Below are positions 29,549-37,209 of a stretch of DNA of 64,000 bases, in pieces. Where the stretch lies: NCBI GenBank assembly GCA_963803805.1, contig CAWDOD010000011.1, forward strand, positions 288,001-352,000, written 5' to 3'. A program made the translations under genes and the position numbers. This DNA comes from an uncultured cyanobacterium (GTDB lineage: Bacteria > Cyanobacteriota > Cyanobacteriia > Cyanobacteriales > CAWCAG01). The notes under the pieces are model-generated. The model searched no databases, was not told where the DNA came from, and worked only from the letters and a program-made list of their open reading frames with translations. The first letter of the stretch is position 1; each line of letters opens with the position of its first letter.

Positions 29549-30163
29549 TTACTGATAATAATAAGCCAGAAAAATATGAAATAACAACATCACCAGAAAA
29601 ACACTAACTAAAAGAATGTGAGTAGAAAGCCAAATTGCTCTTAGTTGGCGAATTAAAGTACCTTTAGGAACTCCCGGTAACTTTTTACCACTCTTGCTAA
29701 CAGGAACAGAAACCCAAGCAAAGTATTGGCGAGAAGATTCTAACACCCCAGTTTCGGCCACAACTCCCACTAAAGCAGAAAGAGTTACAGCAAAAAATAC
29801 CCATAAGAAAATAGCATTAAAATTGATTCCTGTCATACCAAAAGTGTGAATTAAAGTAACTCCTAAAAGAGCAACTCCTAAAAAAATATGTAGTCTACGC
29901 CATAACTGTATGGAACCAGGAACCTTTAACTTAACTACCCAACTTCTCCCTCTTTTTCTGGCTGTAAAAACCATTTCCAAAATGACAAAAACTAGGGCCG
30001 CATAACCCGTAATTTGTTTGTATAACTCTCCCTGTAAAACTTGCAAAAATTCAAAGGCTTGTTCCCGCAAAATTTCTACATAAATAGGACTCAAAGCGAA
30101 AGGTGCTAAAAGTGCTGCGGCAACTAAAGTGAGGATAATTAAGGTAATAAATTTAGGTTTCAT
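29549..30163 (-). CDS. Polytopic membrane protein, putative di-heme cytochrome b
   Basis: Only four His in the protein, arranged as two H-X13-H pairs on two TM helices. Confidence 0.65.
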   Translation of the reverse strand: MKPKFITLIILTLVAAALLAPFALSPIYVEILREQAFEFLQVLQGELYKQITGYAALVFVILEMVFTARKRGRSWVVKLKVPGSIQLWRRLHIFLGVALLGVTLIHTFGMTGINFNAIFLWVFFAVTLSALVGVVAETGVLESSRQYFAWVSVPVSKSGKKLPGVPKGTLIRQLRAIWLSTHILLVSVFLVMLLFHIFLAYYYQ

Positions 30164-30228
30164 TGGTTTGTAGATTAGCTATTAGTTTCTCTACAAGGTT
30201 AGGAAATCAATGCTTTTATAATTAAGAC

Positions 30229-30248
30229 AGGGGGCAAATTTGCCCCCT
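30229..30248. other. Perfect 20-bp palindrome inside the cluster
   Basis: AGGGGGCAAATTTGCCCCCT. Confidence 0.7.
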
Positions 30249-30345
30249 TTCCGGGTATCGGCGATCGCACTTTCGTCCTTGGCAGAGGATTATTTAATTA
30301 GCTGCAATAAGCCTACGGCAACGCTTTGCGAAGGCTGATTTTTGT

Positions 30346-31005
30346 TTAAGCATCTCCTAAAGGCAGGTTGATCATAATACCACCCATTACATCATCCATT
30401 TCAAAGGTTTTGTCAGGATAGCGCTCTTTATGAACCGGATGTTCGTTGTGACAGCTAACGCAAGCTTCTGCTACAGCTTTGTCAGGATAAAGGGCAGAGT
30501 AGTATTTTTGGCCAGCAATTTCTTGTTCTGCTTTGAAAGGTTCACCGGTTTCAACCACTTCATCCATGGCTTCTTTTTCAAAGTCGGACTTGGGTGCATG
30601 GTTGTCGTTGATATTCCAGGGAGAAATCAAACCATAGGTGAAATTCCCTTCTTCTGAAGCTATTTCTGCCCCTAAACGAAACATTTGCGCTGGTAAAGGT
30701 ATACCATCAGTTTGCTGCCAAGATTCTGTTGCTTCAGTGGTAACTACACCGTCAGCCTTTTCTTTACCCTCCAATGTCTTTAATCTATTCACAACGTGCT
30801 TTGTATAAGCAGTACGATCAGCTAATAGGACAGTGTGAATGTAGTCAACTACGGCTTCTGGGGCAATGCCACCAGCAGCCCCGGCAGTAGGCGTACCGCC
30901 ACCACCACTACAGGCAATAGCTGTGATACAAATACTTGCTGCTAAGGCAAATAGGGCCATGGTTTTGGCTTTCATTCTCGGTAGCCAAGAATTGGCTGTT
31001 AACAT
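30346..31005 (-). CDS. Monoheme c lipoprotein, DUF3365/Tll0287-like
   Basis: Lipobox AIAC, LPAQM, N..P..DFEK, CVSCH, DVMGG. Confidence 0.8.
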   Translation of the reverse strand: MLTANSWLPRMKAKTMALFALAASICITAIACSGGGGTPTAGAAGGIAPEAVVDYIHTVLLADRTAYTKHVVNRLKTLEGKEKADGVVTTEATESWQQTDGIPLPAQMFRLGAEIASEEGNFTYGLISPWNINDNHAPKSDFEKEAMDEVVETGEPFKAEQEIAGQKYYSALYPDKAVAEACVSCHNEHPVHKERYPDKTFEMDDVMGGIMINLPLGDA

Positions 31006-31062
31006 TTTGTGTTCTCCTTGTTGTAAATTGAAATAGTCAAATAAGTTTCAGCTTGTAAATTC

Positions 31063-31857
31063 TTACTTTGCTGAGGTTTCACTCGAACCTTGATCCCCCA
31101 AAGCGCGAACCATATCTAGGGTTTCTAATTCTTGATTCGGTGGTCGAGCAAAATTTTCTTCTACTAACTCATCGTCGAAGATGCTGTTGTAGGAATATTC
31201 CATACCGTGACAGTTCATACAAACCTCCTTAACTGCGCGATCACGAGGTAAAAGAGTATAGGTATTGTTGTGGTTGACATGGAAGGTTGTACCAAACTCC
31301 TGGCGCGGTAAATGGCAGGTGGCACAGGTGACTGACTCGGTACTAGGCCTTGCTAAATCACCTTCGGCAACGAATAATTTAGCGTGTTGAGAGTTTTTGT
31401 AGTTGAGGGAGTGAGTGTCATTGTGGCAAGTTAAACAAGAATCTACTGCTGCTGTGTAGGTATCAACAGAATGAACATTGTGACAAGTGTTGCAGTTCAT
31501 TTCCTTATCCAAGGCTGACTCCTTCATCGGTAAGTTAGCCATAGCTGGGGTTAAAGGTGAAAGTCCTTCCCCTAAACGAATGCCATGTTTGCCTAACAAA
31601 AAAGTTTCTACTTGGTTTTCATGGCAACTAGTGCAACTTTCATAGTTAGGTTGTGCCACAAATGCTTTGGTTTTGTCATCTTGGTGACAACTAGAACAGT
31701 TAACGTCTGCTAAAGCATGGGCGCTATCTGCCCAAAGTTCATTAATCTCCTTTAGTTCAGCCTGAGATACATTCTGCGCGGTAGCTGCAAAGGGTAGCAG
31801 CAACAAACTAACAACAAACAAGCAAACAACTAACCAAACTCTCTTCTGACTTTGCAT
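31063..31857 (-). CDS. Exported hexaheme cytochrome c
   Basis: Signal peptide ending ATA; CSSCH, CTSCH, CNTCH, CLTCH, CATCH, CMNCH. Confidence 0.9.
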   Translation of the reverse strand: MQSQKRVWLVVCLFVVSLLLLPFAATAQNVSQAELKEINELWADSAHALADVNCSSCHQDDKTKAFVAQPNYESCTSCHENQVETFLLGKHGIRLGEGLSPLTPAMANLPMKESALDKEMNCNTCHNVHSVDTYTAAVDSCLTCHNDTHSLNYKNSQHAKLFVAEGDLARPSTESVTCATCHLPRQEFGTTFHVNHNNTYTLLPRDRAVKEVCMNCHGMEYSYNSIFDDELVEENFARPPNQELETLDMVRALGDQGSSETSAK

Positions 31858-32501
31858 TACCCACCTCCCAAAAACTCTTGACTTAAATCCGGAGTGGGGG
31901 CTTTATCTAGCTTAGTTTCCACTTCTAATTTAGGTAATGCAGGTTTAGGTAACATTGCCGGCTGACCTAAATTATCCTTCAAGAAACCAGTAGAAATTGA
32001 GCGGTGATCATGAAAATTATGGCAACCTGCTGTCCAGCAACCATCGGGAGAAAAGCCGTCATGACTTTTCATATCCCCTTGAATAATGCCCTCATGACAA
32101 GCCATACAGAGGTCTGGTTTGAGGTTAACTCCTCGCCCAAACATATGCACGTGTTCTTCATGGCAAGCAGTACAAGTCAAGACATCTAACCTAGTTAACA
32201 GTTCAGCCCAACGGGGGTCACGAAATTTTTTAGCCCCATGAACATCCTCAGCCATTTCTGCTTCATGACAACGCATACAGGTTTCGTTGCTAACCGGTTG
32301 AAAACTTTCGTGGCAGGAACCACAAGAAGCCTCTACTAAGTAATGCCCATCAGAAGTTGTTCCCGGTAGGAAAACATTATGTTCATCTAAAGCAAAAGCA
32401 GCCGTTAACCAAGCTGCAACAATAACAGCGATACCGATAATGGCGATTTTGGATTGAAAGAACTTACCAGGCTTGAAAATCCTGGCCAGATTGCTAGCCA
32501 T
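31857..32501 (-). CDS. Membrane-anchored or exported tetra/pentaheme cytochrome c
   Basis: N-terminal hydrophobic helix; CGSCH, CMRCH, CTACH, CMACH plus CWTAGCH (CX4CH). Confidence 0.88.
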   Translation of the reverse strand: MASNLARIFKPGKFFQSKIAIIGIAVIVAAWLTAAFALDEHNVFLPGTTSDGHYLVEASCGSCHESFQPVSNETCMRCHEAEMAEDVHGAKKFRDPRWAELLTRLDVLTCTACHEEHVHMFGRGVNLKPDLCMACHEGIIQGDMKSHDGFSPDGCWTAGCHNFHDHRSISTGFLKDNLGQPAMLPKPALPKLEVETKLDKAPTPDLSQEFLGGG

Positions 32502-32510
32502 TTTTCTCCT

Positions 32511-33071
32511 TTAGGCAATCAGGAGTAACAAAATCGTAAGTAAGCCGCCACCACAAAATAAACCACCAGCTAAACCCCAATTAACTTTGGCTTCAGGGGT
32601 AGGAGGGAGGGTGTGAATATTAGCTGGGGTGGTGGGGGTTGATTTTAGCTGTATATCGGTCGAAGAATAATCTGCACCGGAAAGCATTAATTCTGTAATT
32701 GCCCCATAAGCATCTACCCAAGCTTGCTTAACATCTGGTGTCCAATCTTGTTGCAAATACTGCTCAAACGTTGTTAACAAAGCATCACCTACCAATGGGT
32801 AATGTTGTGGTAAAGCGCCATACTTAACGTGCTTTGCCCCTAATCCTTTAAGCGCACCACTGAGTGCATCAGGTTTCCGCAAGTTTTCTACTACTAAAAC
32901 TAAAGAGGCAAGCAACTTTTTCTTTTGCTCTGTCATATCGCTATTAGCAAACAGAGGCTTAGCTTCAGGATGAGCAGTAAAGAGATTGTTGTAAAAAGAG
33001 GCTACAAAATTATCAGCTTGAGGTTTGACTTTTTCAAAACTTTCTTCTAGTAATTCTACTTGCAAAGACAT
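32511..33071 (-). CDS. Single-domain globin with C-terminal membrane anchor
   Basis: FY(B10), F(CD1), Q(E7), LGAKH(F8), HYPLVG; Pro/Thr linker then hydrophobic tail. Confidence 0.88.
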   Translation of the reverse strand: MSLQVELLEESFEKVKPQADNFVASFYNNLFTAHPEAKPLFANSDMTEQKKKLLASLVLVVENLRKPDALSGALKGLGAKHVKYGALPQHYPLVGDALLTTFEQYLQQDWTPDVKQAWVDAYGAITELMLSGADYSSTDIQLKSTPTTPANIHTLPPTPEAKVNWGLAGGLFCGGGLLTILLLLIA

Positions 33072-33268
33072 TAATTGGTTTTACTCCATATATTCAAAAT
33101 ATTTGCTGGCAATTGTTTTGTATTGCACCCAATCTCAAATTAATTTACTAGGAAGATTTATTGACAGCAAAAGCATTGCAAACCCCTAAAGAATCAGCTT
33201 TTTGTATCTCAGCAGAGCTAAAATTGATACATGATTTATAGCTTATTTTGAAGCTATTTAAGTCTATT

Positions 33269-33311
33269 AACTTAGCTTGGCTTGATATTTAATACTGTGA
33301 TTGTTTACACA
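33269..33311 (-). promoter_or_regulatory. CRP-family-like box with class II-spaced -10
   Basis: TGTGA-N6-ACACA (33296-33311); TAAGTT on minus strand (33274-33269) 22 nt from the GTG-N8-CAC core. Confidence 0.45.
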
Positions 33312-33400
33312 AATATTCTCTATTTGTTTTTGTGGTTAAGGTTTGCCTATTGCAGATGTGTAAATTGATTGAGAATAAAGATTAACTTGGTTTCCTGGTT

Positions 33401-33446
33401 AATATAAACTCGTCGAAAACACGGTTTTGTAAATCTCTATACAAAA
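33401..33446 (-). promoter_or_regulatory. NtcA-activated class II promoter of the heme cluster
   Basis: ttttGTAaatctctaTACaaaa (core 33429-33442), exactly 22 nt, then TATATT (33406-33401, minus strand). Confidence 0.75.
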
Positions 33447-33553
33447 AATATTTCTTCGATTTGAAAAAAGCATAATAAATATGCAAAAATCGCATATTTA
33501 GTTAACTAAAAACAGATTACTAGGATATTGCCACCTCTGAACTACCCTAATTG

Positions 33554-33602
33554 TGATAATTGATAATTGATAATTGATAATTGATAATTGATAATTGATA
33601 AT
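33554..33602. repeat. (TGATAAT)x7 perfect heptamer repeat
   Basis: Seven exact copies. Confidence 0.9.
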
Positions 33603-33640
33603 TGACACACTACTAGAATTGCTAGAGTAATTATTAGTAA

Positions 33641-33886
33641 TTATTTTAGGGGCCAATGGTGATCAAAATAAGAAGTAAGTTCTTCTTCTTGGGAGATTTT
33701 ATCTAATTGACGTATAGTTTCTTGGGCTGAACCAACAATTAAACCCATTACAGTACCAATAGTTGCATATTGAGAAAAAGCATTAGGACGCTGATCAGCA
33801 TGGTTTATTTTGGCGATCGCAATTCCCAGAACTAAACCGACTAAAGAAGTAATTATACCTGAGAAGATAATGCGACTAAATTTCAT
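33641..33886 (-). CDS. Small two-TM hypothetical protein
   Basis: 81-aa ORF with two Gly-rich hydrophobic helices. Confidence 0.6.
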   Translation of the reverse strand: MKFSRIIFSGIITSLVGLVLGIAIAKINHADQRPNAFSQYATIGTVMGLIVGSAQETIRQLDKISQEEELTSYFDHHWPLK

Positions 33887-34229
33887 TTTCTTCGCTTAAG
33901 TTAAGTTTGTTAAAATCAATTTATTGGCTGCTGTCAACTCTATTTTGCCAAAATGTCTCTCTAAGGAAGTAGTTGATTTAGACTTTTTAACAATTGATTT
34001 TTTTCTTCATTCCCTTTAAATTCACTAAGAACAAAGGGTAGCGGTGCAAAGGTAATGATATTGCTATAGCATGATAGGCTATTTGCTTAGGTTGATCGTC
34101 ACCTCTTTAGGACTACCGAACAAAGAATAGTCATTTAGAAAACAAAGGAGTCGCTAAACTAAGATTCCTCCACTAAAATTAATAACGGAGGGAATACAGA
34201 GTCAGCAACTTAGTAGTGGGAGTATCTAA

Positions 34230-34634
34230 ATGTTTGGTAAATTTCAACAAAGCAATATGCGTATAGAAGTAGAAGCACCGGCCAAAGTAATTGGTGCTAG
34301 TCTTTTACAACCTGCTAAATTGAGTAAGTGGCTTTTTCCCCAACGTTTAGAGGCGGGAATGCCAGAAAAGTTAGTATCTGGTTTGAATTTTACTAGTTGG
34401 ACAGGACTTATAAGTGTTCAACATCAAGTAGAAGTAGCTAATCATAACTGCTTACGCTTGCTGCTAAGCCAGGGAATTGATGGCTATCACGAATGGTACT
34501 GGGGAGAAGGTTGGGTACAATCTCGTCTAGAAGGAATTTCTTACCTTCCCTTAAATCTTGGTCAAACCCTTAGCTTAGTTAAGTTACGCCAATTCTTAGC
34601 TTGGGAACAGAGTCAGTTAAAAGTTGAAAATTAA
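34230..34634 (+). CDS. Conserved cyanobacterial hypothetical protein (possibly SRPBCC-like)
   Basis: GGGAG RBS; GIDGYHEWYWGEGWVQSRLEG motif. Confidence 0.65.
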   Translation: MFGKFQQSNMRIEVEAPAKVIGASLLQPAKLSKWLFPQRLEAGMPEKLVSGLNFTSWTGLISVQHQVEVANHNCLRLLLSQGIDGYHEWYWGEGWVQSRLEGISYLPLNLGQTLSLVKLRQFLAWEQSQLKVEN

Positions 34635-34650
34635 AAATTAAAAATATCAA

Positions 34651-35283
34651 TTATTGACTTAGCCAGGAAATAGCACTTTTGATCCATTCTTCTGGTTGAG
34701 GATTTTTGAGTAATTGATTGTCCTTACTTAAAGCAGATAATGCTTGGTCAATTTCTTCGTTACTATAACCCAAAGCTAGAAGAGTCATTTCTACATCTTC
34801 TTGAATCTGTGGTGATGGGGTAGCTGCTAAACCTGTAGTAGTAACTCCTGTCATTTGTCGCCATTGAGATAACTTAGTTTTCAACTCTAAGGCGATGCGT
34901 TCAGCAGTTTTTTTGCCTACGCCGGGGGTTTTGGCTAGGGAACGAATGTTAGTTGTGACAATCGCTTGGACTAAATCTGTCAAACCTAAAGTATCAATTA
35001 AGGCGATGGCACTTTGCGCCCCAATGCCATTAACGCTGATGAGATGGCGAAACAAGTCCCTTTCCGAACCTGAAGCGAAACCATAGAGGATAGGTTGTTC
35101 TTCCCTTATTTGTAGGTGAGTAAAGACTTGCACTTCTTCTTCTTTGCCTACTGGTACTTGTCGGGCAAAACGGGAAGTCGTTTGAATCTCGTAACCCATT
35201 TGGTTAACTTCTATAACCAGGATAACTTTATTGGTAGTGGTTTTAACCACCTCTACGGCTTGACCTTTAAGATAGCTGATCAT
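34651..35283 (-). CDS. ruvA: Holliday junction branch migration protein
   Basis: MISYLKG, LYGF...ER.LF..LISVNGIG, PGVGKKTAERI.LELK. Confidence 0.96.
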   Translation of the reverse strand: MISYLKGQAVEVVKTTTNKVILVIEVNQMGYEIQTTSRFARQVPVGKEEEVQVFTHLQIREEQPILYGFASGSERDLFRHLISVNGIGAQSAIALIDTLGLTDLVQAIVTTNIRSLAKTPGVGKKTAERIALELKTKLSQWRQMTGVTTTGLAATPSPQIQEDVEMTLLALGYSNEEIDQALSALSKDNQLLKNPQPEEWIKSAISWLSQ

Positions 35284-35386
35284 TAAAATTTATAGTTAAG
35301 GAACTTACATATTCCTCATTTTTCCAAACATTCAAAGCATTATTATTTATTACTTATTACTTGCACCTCATATCTCTTCACCTAAT

Positions 35387-36163
35387 TTATAACGGAGGTG
35401 GATAGGTTACTTCTTGAATTTGACCAAGTTTACCCAACTTTTTAGCTTTGTTGCGGTTGTAAGCTACTAAGATTCCTCCTGCATTACCAGCAAGAAGAGT
35501 AATACTCTCATTAGCTTTCCAAGTGTGCTTTTTTCCCTTTTGGACTGTTCCCTCAAACTTAGTTTTACCGTCTGCCACCACCCGTAACCAGGATTGATCC
35601 TCAACTGTTACATCTAACGTCACTGGTTGGTTTTGAGCATCTTCTGATTGCTTTTTATCTAGCTTAGACGGCACTGGTATTTTTTTTGTCTGAGTATCCT
35701 TTTGCTTATACCTAGCAGCTTCTTTTTTCTCAAGCTTTCGGTTATCCGCTACAGCTTGAGAATGATCCATATATTGAGATACGCTACTAACTGTACCAAC
35801 TACCACAGCTACATAAAGAGCATACCAATGAACAGGGCGAATTTTTAGCTTAGGAAAGCGTCCTAAAGAAGGCTTGAGGAACTGAAAGTTGTAGTCTTCA
35901 GGAAAATCCTCAGCCATTTCAGTACCATTTATTCCTAAGTGATCGCCAAACTGTTTCAGCAATCCTTGGATATAAACTGATTCTGGTAGCGCTGCCCTAT
36001 TGCCTTCCTCAATCGCTCTCAGCAAACGTTCGGGAATCAAGGTTTTCCTGGCTACATCTTCTAAAGATAAAAACTTCGCCTCGCGAACCTGCCGTAGGCG
36101 AGAACCAAACTGCTGAAGCTTGTCAAGTTGTTCTTGGCAAAGATGAGCTTTATTCTCCTTCAT
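35387..36163 (-). CDS. RodZ-like HTH-TM-DUF4115 protein
   Basis: G..LRQ.RE, L.AIEEG, LPE.VY; SWLRV..DGK, GNAGG. Confidence 0.8.
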   Translation of the reverse strand: MKENKAHLCQEQLDKLQQFGSRLRQVREAKFLSLEDVARKTLIPERLLRAIEEGNRAALPESVYIQGLLKQFGDHLGINGTEMAEDFPEDYNFQFLKPSLGRFPKLKIRPVHWYALYVAVVVGTVSSVSQYMDHSQAVADNRKLEKKEAARYKQKDTQTKKIPVPSKLDKKQSEDAQNQPVTLDVTVEDQSWLRVVADGKTKFEGTVQKGKKHTWKANESITLLAGNAGGILVAYNRNKAKKLGKLGQIQEVTYPPPL

Positions 36164-36166
36164 ACA

Positions 36167-36967
36167 CTAATTCTCCTGGATGTCTGCTGGCACTCTTTGT
36201 GATATTAGATGCACTCTTTTTTGGAGAAAACGAATTTCAAATTCTTTAAGAAAACGATAGTTACCCCTAGATAAAATAGGTTCATTATTATTTTGTAACT
36301 TAATTGGCCCGATTGCTGTACGGTGAAGTTTAATTACTTTAAACCCAAGTTGCTCAGCAACGCGGCGAATCTGTCGGTTTCTCCCTTCAGTTAGGACTAC
36401 TTCTAAAAGAGTTTTGTTACTTACTTGCTTGAGAATTTCTACCCTGGCGGGTAAAGTTTTTTTCCCAGCGAGAATAAGTCCCTTACGCCAAGTGTCCAAT
36501 ACTGATTCTGGAGGATGGGTATCTACCCAAACATGATAAGTTTTGGGTAAATGATAGCGGGGATGAGTTAAGCATAGAGTTAATGCTCCATCATTAGTTA
36601 GCAGTAATGCTCCTGTAGATTCTACATCTAATCGCCCTACTGGATGAATACCTTTTTCATCCCGAAGCTTGGAGGGCAGAAAATCTAGTACAATGGGACG
36701 ACCTTGAGGATCGCTGCAAGTTGCCACAACCCCCATAGGCTTATTGAGTAGAATATAAACTGGTTGAGGACGTTCAGTAAGCTTGATAATTTTCCCATCA
36801 ACCTTAAGCTTATCTTTCCTCAAATCAACTTTTTGCCCTAATTGAACTACCTGCTCATTAAGGTATACACGCCCAGAAAGGATCATTTGCTCCGCTTGTC
36901 GTCGCGATGCTATTCCCCACTGGGATAAAATTTTTTGTACCCTTTCTGCTCTGGGTTTTTCTGGCAT
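36167..36967 (-). CDS. rRNA pseudouridine synthase (RsuA/RluB family)
   Basis: S4 domain ERVQKILS..GIASRR, VGRLD..STG, EGRNRQIRR; start estimated. Confidence 0.9.
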   Translation of the reverse strand: MPEKPRAERVQKILSQWGIASRRQAEQMILSGRVYLNEQVVQLGQKVDLRKDKLKVDGKIIKLTERPQPVYILLNKPMGVVATCSDPQGRPIVLDFLPSKLRDEKGIHPVGRLDVESTGALLLTNDGALTLCLTHPRYHLPKTYHVWVDTHPPESVLDTWRKGLILAGKKTLPARVEILKQVSNKTLLEVVLTEGRNRQIRRVAEQLGFKVIKLHRTAIGPIKLQNNNEPILSRGNYRFLKEFEIRFLQKRVHLISQRVPADIQEN

Positions 36968-37209
36968 ATCTTGTTTTACACCATAAAGGGCAAGTTGCCC
37001 TCGTAATTTAGCTGGAGTTACGATTAACACTATGTAAGAATATTACAAAATCTGAAGAAAAAAAACTAAGGACTGGTAAAAATTATGCTGACTTTGACCA
37101 AAAGACTAAAGTTTCAGGTACTTTCGATTGCTGATTGGTTAGTCTGTTATCGGTATTTTGTTTTACATATAACTTCCTCATTATTCCCTAAGAAATCTCT
37201 ATTGTTTAA

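Noticed and set aside
31855-31859. Frameshift joining the two multiheme genes
   Set aside because: Downstream gene has its own signal peptide and a normal TAATG coupling
31063-32501. Calling the cytochromes NrfA or a true HAO
   Set aside because: No CXXCK motif; too short; no P460-heme motif or C-terminal cross-link region
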